From contig BCIN01000002.1 of the NCBI GenBank assembly GCA_039545335.1, positions 757,118 through 821,117 of the forward strand: a stretch of DNA of 64,000 nucleotides, given 5' to 3'. This DNA is from Kondoa subrosea (lineage: Eukaryota). Below the pieces are notes generated by a model. That model was not told the origin of the DNA. It did no database searches and saw only the letters and a list, made by a program, of their open reading frames with translations. The translations under genes were made by a program, and so were the position numbers. This document shows, one piece after another, positions 27,638 through 40,009 of the stretch (positions within the stretch are counted from its first letter, which is position 1; each line of letters begins with the position of its first letter).

Positions 27638-29168
27638 CTACAATTGTATGATCTTATTCATATGCGCAACCCTATCTATGGTAGCCTTCTCGTCATATTT
27701 CTTCCCCAGCCTTGATCTTTCTAGTCTCTTATAGACATAGTCTCCAGCCAATATTGGGTCATATGCTGATTTCTCTCCCTCTTTCAGGCAAGTTGGCAAG
27801 GTTTCAATCATCGTATCGTAAGCTGGATATAGCGAAGGTAAGCAAGGATTTCCTTTTCGCAATTCAAAATGCTCACAAACACCGAAAAAGATCGGACAGC
27901 TGTATCGTTCTTGCCCACTGGAATTGATTACACGATGGACGGTGCTTAGGAACCTGTTGTTACACCATCGTGCTTCGCACAAGTTCAGTCTACTTCTGTA
28001 AATTCTTCCATATGACTGACCTAGCATGTCACCCAAATTGACAACTGGCATCAAAGGTCAACCCGTGTGTGAACTTGTTGCAATCTCGGCTCACCCAGAG
28101 TACCAGGTATTGGCGGAGCTTCGATCCAAGCTAGAATCGAGCATCAACTCTTATATCTCTACCAAGGCACAAAGACATACCTCCTTCTGCGTTTAAGACC
28201 TGCAAACAAGATATATTACTTCCCTGGGCGAGAAATGTCATCACTTCGATATCCGAATGAGCGCCAATACCCGTTGATGCTTGATCTATGGGTTGAGCCG
28301 GGTAATGTAACAATCGTCCCAAACAACCTGGAGTCCGAACCATGTCATCAAAATAGTCCTGCACAAATCAGTCGCTGCTTCTTGATGAGTGATATTGACT
28401 GACTTCTGGCAGCTCGAGGGCCAAGGCAAGAATTCGAATCAACTTTCTTGCCAACATCAAGACTTGACCATAGTATGCGAAGATCACTTCACGCAAGATG
28501 GGCTGTTGCGAAGGCCAAACATTCTCGCCTGACATAGAAGTTTCTTTGCTTGTTAACTGCTGTCTTTCAGCCTCTTCTCCTCCTGCTACATATTGTGGAT
28601 CGGCCTCTATCTCGTAGCCAAAATTGAAGGCTTCCTTTTGATCACCTTTCTTCTTGTTCGGATCTTCTGCTGCAGTCTCAGCGAAAGCTGCTATTGGTTC
28701 GTAGCCTCTGAATATTGGAGATTTCTTGAAGCTGTTCACTGCGCAATGAGCTTGATATTCCAATGTTGTCAATCTCCGTACTGGATGTCCATTTTGTCCT
28801 CCTGAGGTAGACTGAAGAATTCTGCAGAAGCTGAGAACACTGCATCAAGAGTGCTCTGGTCTATTCCGTGGTCTCTTACATCACATCGAGGATTAGCATG
28901 TTTTTGGGAATACCGGTCGAACTCACTTGATATAGAAGAATCCAACTCTCATGCACGCGTCTCTTATCTCATCCACCAATTTCTTCTTCGCCTGTACATC
29001 CTGCTGCTCGTGCTGCGTTCCACTGATAGCCTTGAGGCTGATGATCGGTATTTCGTCGAACTTGGCTTTCTGAACGCTGTCGCTCAGGATTTTGCGTACG
29101 CTGCCTACGTAATTCAAAAGCTCAGTCATTGGTGGTTGGAAAGAACCTGGCACCAGGGTTTGGCGCAT
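27638..29168 (-). CDS. Fe(II)/2-oxoglutarate dioxygenase (DIOX_N + 2OG-FeII_Oxy, IPNS-like)
   Basis: [39 protein letters not shown] (HxD), NLGD, STVHRV and RYSCPIF (RxS). Confidence 0.92.
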
Positions 29169-29171
29169 CAA

Positions 29172-29365
29172 TAGATCTGTCGGCTGACTTGGCTGATAAG
29201 AGTTCCGCGATCACAGTCATCCCGGATTTGTCTTTAAGATAGGCTAATTCGGCAGCTATCTCTTACGATGTCCATTATCACCAACACTTGTTTGCGTAGA
29301 CGGTAAGGTCGTCGTTAACTTATCGAGGATGGGTGCATTCTCGCAGCGAATCTATCGCATCAAAC
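29172..29365. promoter_or_regulatory. Bidirectional promoter with six GATA cores
   Basis: GATAAG at 29195, GATAG at 29238, CTATC at 29256, TTATCA at 29275, CTTATC at 29319 and CTATC at 29352. Confidence 0.55.
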
Positions 29366-31849
29366 ATGCTTTCTCTAGCTGGTCAGCACTGGACCAAGGT
29401 AAGTACCGTTGCTGATTGTGTAGCGATCTGAGGTTAATGCACCTTTCAGCTTTACAGGTGAAGCAGAGTCAATATGCAGCCGATAAGCCTAATCGTACAT
29501 TTCGATCCATTGCCGCGATGTAGCTGACTTCTTTACAGACGCTGGATTCGCTTGGTCAAACGAGCATCTGGACCCGACACCGCCTGAAGAGCGTACTTGG
29601 GCTTGGTATCACTTTTGCGGTCAGCCTCGTTACTTCATTGTTGTCGGTTTTGGCTGACAACGACACTAGCCTTTTGGTTTTCGTACGGTTTCAGCACAGG
29701 CGGTATGTAGTAGCCGAATTGCTCGTCTACATAGCTGACGTCGGAATCAGTTTGGTCTGTCGGATCTTCACTCCTCACCGCCGGCTTGAAATGGTGGCAG
29801 GGTATGTATTTTTTGCTTTGCAGACACAAGATCAGACTAACACGATTGATTAGCTCTTATTGTCGTTTTCATCGCTCATGTCTTTGGCGGTATCGGCATA
29901 GCACTGAATTCACGCGTCGCTGCTACATATCACGTTGGCTTTCCCGTCGCAACAAGAACAAGCTTTGGCATGCAAGGATCCATATTCCCCGTTCTTTTAC
30001 GCTGCTGCGTCGGTATCGTCTGGTAAGTCGAAGTTGTCGGGGAATGTTATGTGCAGTAGAAGTTTACCATCAACTTTCCAAGGGTCGGCGTACAAGTAGG
30101 TGCCTGTTGTCTGTCGGTGTAGCGCGCTAACGGGACTATCTCCAGCTTCTGCAAGGCGGCTTCTTCCTTTCTGTCGCTCTGCGTTGCATCTTTGGCTATC
30201 GATGGGCTGAACTATCGAACACAATTGGACCTTCAGCGGGCATAACTATAAAGAACCTGATTGCGTGTCTTCTCTTCTGCTTGATTACGTTGCCATTTTT
30301 GTTGTATGTCTGTGATCGTCTTTGTCTCATCCGCTCACATTTCGATAGCGTCCGTGTGCACAACATTCGGTTCTTCTATCTCGTAAAATCGGTGCTGATG
30401 CCTTTCGCGGGATTCGGCTTGCTCATCTTCTGCTTGATACATGGTCATCAAGGAGTTGGCAAATTCAACTCAACTCAGAACCTTTCTGGATCAACTCTCG
30501 CTTGGACGATGGTCCGACTAGTCAACAGTACCATGGGAAAAACTACCCCAAGTATGGTAGCTGCACAAGATATTGCTCGGTACAGTAGAACCAGGACTGC
30601 GCCCTTCTGGTCACAATTGGTACGTTCAAGCCGAAGCTCGAGATGCGTCATTGATATTCTGTTCAGCTCATGCTCCCTCTGGCGAACACCGCGGTGGCTC
30701 TGATAGGCATCATATCTACGTCGGCAGGCGAGGCATTCCACTGAGTATTCCCTATTGTCGCTGATCCGTGATCCAGCGACTTCTGCGTGGGGAAAACAGG
30801 TGAAAAATCTCCTTGTCAGCTGCTCACTCATTCGCTAATCCTCATACATTGGACGATTACTGCAGACCTGGAATCCCTGGGATCTTTGCTCCCTCATATT
30901 AGATAATTGTAAGATCCTATTCATGCCGGGGTGGGCATCGCCTAAAGCGAATTGAGAGCAGATTGGAACGGTGGAGCTCGATTTGCCATTCTTCTGGTCT
31001 CTTTATGCTTCTGCCTTTCCATCTTCGCATCCAATCAAGCTGCAAATGTAGTTCCTTGTCGGTTAAATCCTCATTGGCGAAAGCTTTGATCGCTGATGTT
31101 TGCTGCTACGCCATAGTCGGGGCAGATATTACTTGCCTACTTCCTCGTTACCTCAACATCAATCGTGGTCAGCTGCTGTCCTATGCTTTAGGCTTGTGCA
31201 TACAGCCATGGTGAAAACAAAACATCGAATGCTATTTACACCCAGAGCTGATAGATTATATTAGGTATATACTTACTTCAGCCTCGTCCTTCCTCACTTT
31301 CCTTGGAGGCTATTCGATCTTCCTCGGTCCAATCATTGCGATAGCTATTGTAGACTATTGGGTGGTGCGTAATGGAAACATCGACATCCGGTCGCTGTTC
31401 GATCCGACTGCTTCCTATCAATATACCAAAGGATGGCATTGGCGAGCGTATCTGGTCTTCTGCGTTGGTATTGCACTACCACTCCCTGGCTTTATAGGTA
31501 TTTCCGTTTTACGTCCGTTTGGAGGAAACTGACATGTCAATCAGGGTCATTCCCTACTATGGCTACACTAGTACCTTTGGGCTTCAAGCGTCTCTATTAT
31601 GTCGGCTGGCTCACAGGCGTATTCGTCTCTGCTCTTTTCTATTGGCTTCTGTGCAAGGTCAATACTCCGCAGAACATGATCGATGCCAAAGGCGCCGCCT
31701 TTGAAACATGGGCAGACGACCAGGAAGAACTTCTGGATCGAACAGCACAGTTACCAAATGTGTCACGGCTAAACAAAGACGGTCTAGAAGAGTCAGAAAT
31801 AGAAAAGGGCGAAAAGGTAATGCGAGCGGAAGAGAGGATGGTAATGTAA
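29366..31849 (+). CDS. NCS1 family nucleobase/allantoin/uracil permease (Fur4/Dal4-like)
   Basis: WSNEHLDPTPPEERTW, YHVGFPVATRTSFG, DIARYSR, WNPWDL, GADITCLLPRYLNINRG, QPW, FLGGYSIFLGPI..DYW; many introns. Confidence 0.92.
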
Positions 31850-32025
31850 AGTGCTTTATGTTTTCAGTCAGAGTAGATTGGGCAAATGTGTCAGATTGAG
31901 CAGATTATAGCGAGCCAATGACTTTGGATTTGTCTTTGCTCCCTCTTCTCCTCTTCCGCCAACCTTGACAAATTGTCTTTTTGCTTATTCCGCGTTAAGC
32001 GCCTGCCAGAGAGCGTACAGCGAAG

Positions 32026-33267
32026 ATGGAACGAACCCAGAGGACTGCCGTCAAAAATCGCGTGATAGAATTGGATGTGACAGATTCCGATGCCTCAGAC
32101 GATACATATGTGGATGCGGGACGAATGTCTTTAGACGAGCAAGATGAAGAACCTGCTATGGACGAAGAGATGCGGGAATGCTTGATCTGCTGCGCATCCG
32201 AGCACGAGATGTTTTTCCCTGAAGCTGTGCCAGCGGAAGGCGATCGCTTGACTGCTACATGTACTGTAAGCTCTAGCTTGCCCATTACAGAGGGTTGGCT
32301 GAAAATCTGTCGACAGCACCAATGCGATACAATATGCCTAACCTGCATCTCGCTTCATCTCGAAGCAGAGACCAATACCAAGGGCCCAGTTGAAAGCCAT
32401 TGAATGCGTCTACATCGGATGCAGAGGCAGTAAGTACCTGCTTCATCTCCGTCATGCAAAACTCGAGCTCGCTTTCAGTTATGGAATACTCCCACATTCA
32501 AGTTTATGCTGAACCTCCAATCTTTGCGAGGTGACTATGCAATACTATACGCTTATGGAAGTACTAAATTCTAATCTAGATATGATATGCTTCCACTGCG
32601 CAAAGAGGTCGAGAAATTGAAGGACTTTCGTTGGTGCAAGAATGCTACATGCGGTAATGGACAAGAGCATTCTGGAGGAAGTAAGTCTTGCGCTGCCATT
32701 TGGTTTCATCCCCTGATATCTGTACTAGATGATGCACCCATCATGAAGTGTCACGCTTGCAAGCAGAAAAGCTGTTTCCTACCTTGGCATACTGGAAAAA
32801 CTTGTGAGCAATTTGAAGCGGGTGAGCCTGAGATTCATACCATGCTTCAGCCAAGCACTGACTGCTTTCGTGGTCAGATCTGAAGAACGAGAAAGAAGCG
32901 CACGAAGCTTGGCTTTTAGGTCATACGAAACCCTGTCCGGCCTGCAAAAAACCTATCGAAAAGAACAGCGGTTGCAATCATATGACATGTCGAAAACCAG
33001 CTGGATGTGGTCATGAGGTATTTCGGGAAGCGTACTCGTCTATTGCGTCTGATCTGACGAATCCGACAGTTTTGCTGGCTCTGTTTAGCCGCATACTCTG
33101 AGATTCTGCAAGAAGGCAATTATAAACACAAGCCGTGAGTCTGAAGCCTTCGTTCGCGTGCATTAATAATGTTATTAATCAGGACCTGCACGTACTATGC
33201 TCCTTATGTCGAGAATCTGCGACCACGCAACACCATTCGGCGCACTCGAAGAGTCATACCACAATAG
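32026..33267 (+). pseudogene. RBR (RING-IBR-RING) E3 ligase with an apparent frameshift
   Basis: RING1 ECLICC..C.H..C..C, IBR FRWCKNATCG..CHAC, RING2 [28 protein letters not shown]. An extra base near 32385-32387 gives TGA at 32401. Confidence 0.7.
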
Positions 33268-33391
33268 AAGAATGCAAGGCTGTAATCTAATGGACTCTCA
33301 TCACTAAACCCATGCAATATCCATCATGCTATTCTGCCCACAAACTCATTGTCTAGCTATATCGTTAAAATAGAATCCATCGAGTGACGAT

Positions 33392-34177
33392 TTACTTTTT
33401 CCTGCCCGTTGTGCCGTCATCCTCCTTCCTCTGAAAGACACCAAAAGTAGTAACATTCCCTTCCCCTACATCTTGACACCCTACTCCATCTCGATCATCA
33501 ACCAAAACCAAACCAAATTCAATTCCAGCAGCTTTAGAGCATATCGCTACTGCCTCTGGATGTATAGAGGCATATCTTGCTGCGGATGACGTAGAATCGC
33601 TTTCGATTTGTCTGAGATTTGGGTAATGTTTGAGAAGATAGTTCCGACATTGACCTAATGCCTTTCATATCAATACCATCAGATTTCAAGAGTAATACTG
33701 TAATAAAGGGAGAAAGAAGCTCACTTGTGGATGTGAGATGATTTCCTTGATTTCGCCAGATCCAGATGAAGATCTCATAAGAGAATGTCGGATAGTCATT
33801 CGAACTTCATCAATGGATCGTAACGCTTTAGCTTGATCTGAAGAGAGGAAGTCTTGCGTTTCTATGACCGGGCCAAGTGACGAGTTGTGAAGTGGTAAGA
33901 CCGCATAGTCGAGTTCAGCAGCAGAAGAAGGATTGGAAACTAAGGCTTGAAAAGTATCTACAAAGTAGATTCGTAAAGAGGAAAAGAGTAGAAAACAGAC
34001 AGAATAGCAGACCTGTTATCGTATTATAAGGGATAAATTCAACTTGTTCATGCGAATGGAAATGTTGGTTTGCTGCCTTCCCACGCGTACTTTAGCTATC
34101 GAGATCAAGTTCAGGTTGAAGAGCAGACTTACTTCATTCGTATAAGTCCCCTTTGGACCTAGATAGCCAACTTTCAT
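33392..34177 (-). CDS. PHA2: Prephenate dehydratase, catalytic domain only (about 200 aa, 4 exons, absent from the ORF track)
   Basis: MKVGYLGPKGTYTNEAA, DYAVLPLHNSSLGPV, IRHSL, ISHPQALGQC, STSSAA, AICS and QDVGEGNVTTF; TAA at 33392-33394. Confidence 0.85.
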
Positions 34178-34209
34178 TCGCTCGACTGAAAGCAACCACT
34201 TTGCGGTAA

Positions 34210-36074
34210 ATGTTTTCTTCGACTTCTTCGCGTGTCTTGCAGCCCAGTGGCCTCAAGCAGTCTACCAGCAGCAATAGGGATGGGAAGCAGGACACCTCCA
34301 AGTGGAGATACCCTCATCGCTTGAATTTTTATGAACGACCTCCGAGTGAAGAGATCACTATAGAACAGTTTGAAACTTGGGCTATCGATCGTCTTAAAGG
34401 TTAGGCCGATCAAGTAGAGTACTATGGGCACGATCTGACGCGTTGTATGGACCAGTATTGGCTGAGATTGAATCCTGCTTGGTGAGGAACAGAAGCCACG
34501 AAGAACTCAAAGCTGTTGTTGGACCAAGAATCAAGGCCTTCTTACCATTGGGCAGCAATACAGCAAGAAGCGTTGATGTTCAGGCTGAGCGGACTAAAGA
34601 CTATATCAGTCATTTCGTGCTGAGGCTAGCTTTCTGTCGGTCGTAAGTACAGACGCTGCACGCAGATTCGTCGATGCTAAGTAGAGATACAGGGAAGAAC
34701 TCAGAGCCAAGTTCATTAAGACTGAATCTATTCTCTTCCGACTTCGATGGGAAGATGACGACAAGACAGAGCAGCAGTTCTTTATGGACACTCTGAACCT
34801 ACGCTGGGCTCCTGTTAGTCTACTGATGTCCTGCAAATCGCCTCTGATGTAATATCTGTTAGGTCACTGATTCGGAGAAAGCCATGCATCGAGATAAACT
34901 CGCAGCCTCTTCACCTGGCATCAAAGTAGACATGGAAGCTTTCTTCAAGGTGAGCCCTTCTGTATCTTGCTATACTATTGTCTTCAATAGAAGACATATA
35001 GGTGCCTTGGATCAAAGTCGCTGATCTAGTGAACTCCCGTCGGGTCTTCCTATCTCAAGGTCAAGCCTACGTTCCTTCTCGAGATCAATTCTCCCTCATC
35101 TTGGCCGAATTCCAATCTCGTCTCTCAAAATCCCTTGAACTTACTTCTCGCGCTTTACCTCGTCTAGACGAAGATGATCGACTGTTGCCAGTCTTGGAAC
35201 ACTTGTCCATGGGTTTCTTAGCTGGTGTAACAAGTCAATACACTACTGCTGGTATGGAGGACAATGCTTCTCTTGAGAGGGTAACGGCGGAGATGGTGGA
35301 TGCTTTGGCGAGAAGACATTTCCCGCTTTGCATGAGGAATCTACATGATACGCTTAGGGATAAGAAACATTTGAAACATTGGGGTAGATTGCAGTATAAT
35401 TTATTCTTGAAGGTCAGTTCTAATGCTCGCTGTGACTTTTTACGTAGTCTTACTAGCCAGCGTTGGCCTGACAGGGAATTGGTATGCCCGTTGAAGAAGC
35501 TCTCGTATTTTGGAGGAAAGGGTTCTCTTCCATGTCAGACGACAAATTCAACAAAGAACACAAGTACAATATCCGTCATGGTTATGGTCTCGAAGGCAAA
35601 CGAATGAATTACCCACCGAAGAAGTGAGTTGTTTGTCTGTTAATAGCTCTCCTTGAACTAGGTCTAAATTTCTGGGCGTTCAGCTGTCAACGAATCATCA
35701 CTCAAGATCAACCAGGTCCTCACGATTCCCATGGTTGTCCTTTTAGACATTTTGGCGAATCAGCTTTGCTCAACTCTTTGTCTTACACTTACAACATTTC
35801 AGCACCAGCAGAAACGAAAGAAATTCTCGATTCCGTCAAAGGTGGTCATTATCATGTTGCTTGCACAAGAGTGTATGAGATCACGCATAAAAGTCAAGGC
35901 GTCAATAAAGGAGATGGGTGAGCTTAGATCCTTCACTACAGCTTAGATGCTGATCCCTTTGGGGACAGAATTGGGGAAGGAGAAAGTGTTTCGCATCCCA
36001 ATCTCTACTATGAAAGGAGTCTGGCTTTGAGTCAAGTCACAAAGACGGAGAATATGGATGTAGACACGAAGTGA
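34210..36074 (+). CDS. PRI2: DNA primase large subunit
   Basis: YPHRLNFYERPP..FETWAIDRL, KDYISHFVLRLAFCRS, LPRLDEDDRL, HFPLCM, HLKHWGRLQY.LFLK, YNIRHGYGLEG, HGCPF and HPNLYY. Confidence 0.96.
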
Positions 36075-36279
36075 ATAAAGTATTATTATGGTTTCTCTCC
36101 AATGTATTTTTCAACTCGTCGCATGCTATTACAATGACCCGTGCGAATAACGATTATCTTGATTGAATATGTGAAGAGTACAATGCTTTTAGCTATGACT
36201 GAACTAAGTGTGCGTGATTCATGATCAATTGTATGTACACCATGCAGGAAATTAGGTGGGATTGTAGTGTAGTAGTCAA

Positions 36280-37430
36280 TCAGCGACCATCAAAGTCACC
36301 AACGATCCTGGGTCTTCGATGAGCTGGATCGATAGGTGTTGGTCTTTCGCCGCCTTTGCGAAGATCTGAGAAGCGTATAGTCAGACCAGTAAGGGTCAAC
36401 AGTACATGCAAAGATTTACGATGCCAGTATACCGTATCGCCTTCTTTCAAAACATGAACCTTATTCTGAACTCTGCCTCCAAACACAATATCGTCCATAG
36501 CGAAATTCTGACTTTCTTTCCTTTCTGGGGAAGATCCATTCACTCTGAATCGGATAGTAGCCAAATTGACTACAGGTGTTTGAGAAGGTGTCGAAGAACT
36601 TCTATGAGTGGGTACAACTCCATCTTCACCAGCAATATATTTCCTTTCTTGACTGATAACGGAAGAATAGTGAAAGACCCAACGATGACCGTTTGCACTT
36701 CTTTGACTTTTCGAAACGGTAGTCATGCATCGATCGCATGGTGAACAGATGTTCTAAAACATTTTAAGTTCAGCTTCAACTTGAATTGTATATTAGATCT
36801 GAGAAAGCTCACGTATCCCACAGTCGCACCACAACACAAGCAACCAAAGGACTGAGTCAAACAGTCGCACGTTCGTTCAATCTCATTGCTATCCGCATCG
36901 AATTCCAAAGGACCAATATTGACTGGCAGAGCGTCGGTAGAGTATAGAGTGATATGAGGTCGAAGAAGCAAGACCGCCTGAAAGCTCTTATCAGCTAAGT
37001 GAAATGAGAGAATAGTATGAGGTGCACTAACCCTCATGACTCTGTCCGAAAGAAAGGTATTGCAACCAATACATCTAACAATATGTACTCTATGCGCTTC
37101 ACTTGTTGTTGTTGTGGGAGAAGGTGGTTGTTCAGGTTGCGGCGGGTACGAGGCAGTCTGTTGCTGATAAGGATTGGAATGAAATTGAAGAGAAGGCGGT
37201 AATCGTTGCAAATGAAGCAGATCTTGACCCCTAGTAGAGGAGAATGGTCTATCAAAGACCTGTTGTTGCTGCTGATTTGCTACTGCTCGATAAGCTTGCA
37301 TGGTTTGTTGAACAAAAGGTAGAGTCAAGTCATAATAAGCTGAACTGGCTGTGAGGAACTGGTCTTCCATCATATCCAAAGCGCTTTGATGATGAGGACT
37401 GAAAGGTGGTACAACTGTATCTGCTCTCAT
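36280..37430 (-). CDS. FAM72-like zinc-binding protein
   Basis: CIGCNTFLSDR.M.AVLLLRPHITLYSTD, RTCDCLTQ..GCLCCGATVGY and NGHRWVF. Confidence 0.8.
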
Positions 37431-38563
37431 CACTTTGTAATTCGGTGGTACGAGAGCAAAAGAAAGAGAAAGAGGCGAGAGCGGGCGTCAGAGAATCGCA
37501 AACAGGAGTTGCTGGATTTTGAAACGATCCGGCAAAAGATTTCAGAAACGACTTAAAGGATCCACGCGCGATGAGGATAAGAGAGGGACGTGCAAAGCGA
37601 TCTTTGGTGCACACGCAGTACGTCCAAGGGCGTAAAAGGCACAGATACAGGCCAGCACAAAAAAATATGCCCGCTTTCGATTGAAGGCTTGGTGCTGTCA
37701 AATCCCGCGGCCTATAAAGAGTCGCGTGTCTTCGGCCCGCAAGAATCGTACGTGCATAAGTGCGTCGTTGCCATATATCTGAGTTGGGTCATCGTTGTCT
37801 AAGAAAGAGCGGCGTTGCAAATGAAGTGAAAGAAGAGAAGGTGATGCTATTCATTAATTGAATACATACAGTTGCTTAATGCTTTTAATTCCGAATGACC
37901 CATGATCGACCTTTCGGCTACAAAGATAAGAAAATGTGCAGGTAGCTACTCTGTAAGCGTGTCGAGTCAAGTAAGCGAGATTCATTGCTGAGGGATGTAA
38001 CCACTCACATCTATGACCTATCATTGCGCGAACGCTCATTAGGTGATAGCGAAAGCTCGCGCTGAAGAAGATTTGCTCTTCGCCCTCATTAAAATGACAG
38101 TCAAGTCTTGGTAGTGTAGACGAATCTGTGATAAGGATAGGAGGCGTGTTGAAAATTTCAAAGAAGAAAGAGATCCAAAAAGATATGAACCAAGTATAGG
38201 AAGATCGTGAACCGGACAAATTTTCTTGGATTACATTGTTGCTGTTGCTGTATTACAATTCGGAAGTTAAATGACAGAAGAAGGGTTTGTTGGCTTTTTG
38301 GGTGATGCTACCAATTCGATCGCACTGCGCGTATAGGTTGCGACCTTTATAAGAGCCATGTTGTGGGTCATTCTAGGCCTAGATGTAAAAAACATTTTGA
38401 CCTGTTCAATCTTGGGAAATGGTAAGCAGGACAACCATCAATTCCCGGTAAAAGGAAGAGATCGTCCTTGAGCTTGAGATATGAACAGGCTTCGATATGC
38501 GGCCGGCGTAAGGGTGAGTCCAGTAGGTTCACAATCGAATCATCGACAGAGGCAGATTCGATG

Positions 38564-39464
38564 CTATCGATTTCTCTTCGCCGCGGGCAGCTCATCGTCA
38601 TCAATATCTGGAGTCGACTGCATCTGAGGTCTGCTTTCACTCTCAGAATCTGACTCCGCTGTGGATTCCATCGATAGCTGGAATATCGAGTCAGCTTGGC
38701 GGCAAGTCAAAAAAATGTAGGTGCTCACCAGAGAAAGGACGCCCTCAACATAGGCTACACCGGCATGTCCGTTTGCAACCTCTTGCGCTTTGTACAGATC
38801 AAGCGCGATACGAAAATAACTTCGACATTGCGCAAGATCTGAAGTATTGAAAGCTGGAAGGGAAGGTTTGCGAGAGATAGATAGCACTGGAGAGGAAGAA
38901 GCATCGCGGTTTGGAGACGAAGGCTGGGCTATAGATAAGGCTAGCATGGCAGCGTAAATATGAAGCTCCGGGCTGTCGGAGTAAGGATGTGAAGGAAGAT
39001 ACCTGCAATCACGCCGATGAGTTGAATAATCGTCCGAGGGAGAAAGTCACTGACACTTCTAGATCCTCCAAGGCATCCCGCAACCGATTATCTTGCACAG
39101 CTCTCAAGACGCGCTCTTTCAAAGGACCGACTCCGATTGTCTTGATCACACCACCGACAGCTTGACTGGAGAGTGCTTCTGTAGCAGAAGAAGACGAAGA
39201 CAGGAAATAACGAGCAAAAGCTTGGTAGCCAGAAATGACCAAATCGGTTTCATAGCATCTGACAAGGATACACCAGCAACGATGGGCTCTGTCAAAGTCA
39301 CTCCGTTGCAGCGATAGCTCCATCAAATCCATTATCCGTCGAAGATGTGCAGCCCGTGCACTTTGGGCAGGATTGAGTGAGCTCATTATCTGGTGAGCCT
39401 CGTTAGAATAGCCATTCTTGTGCAGTGCTGGGTCGAACGGCGGCTCAAAAATAGGTGAAGGCAT
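38564..39464 (-). CDS. RRN11: RNA polymerase I core factor subunit Rrn11/TAF1A-like
   Basis: HLRRIMDLMELSLQRSDFDRAHRCWCILVR..D, ALEDLEVYLPSHPYSD.P.LH.YAAMLAL and an acidic tail. Confidence 0.65.
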
Positions 39465-40009
39465 TGCTGGAGTTTGGAAAAAGAGTGTCTTCGCGAAAAA
39501 TTCTTCTGAGGCCGGAGAAAAGTTCAACTTACAAAAAAAATCTCATCACGTGCCGCAAGCCAAAGCGAGAAGCTGAGGGCTGCTCCTTTTTCTCTTTCCC
39601 CTAAGGCAGGACTGTGAGAGAGTCCACTAGTGCTCTGCATCTGTCATAATCTATAGGTAGGTCATTCCTGTTTCAGCCTGCGGGCAAGTCTGTCGAGACA
39701 CTTTTTGACGCTGTATAACCTCAACACAGCTTGAAGCTGAACTGCCTGAACGCTCGACGTACGATCAGTAGCAACGACTTCAACATCAGCCCGTACTAAT
39801 TTAGTTGGACCGCTTGCAGCAATGTGAGTTTTCAGACTTGCGCTTTTCTCTGTGGGGTCGACAGCATTCTTAGCTCTCCCTAACCTGCTAGAGTATCTGC
39901 ATCAGCTACATACACATCTGTAACAACTTTTGAGCACCATCTGCTCTAGAATATCAGCTTTGCCTTGCCTCCGTTGAAGGTCAAAGCTACGCTAGGAGGA
40001 AAATTGGCT

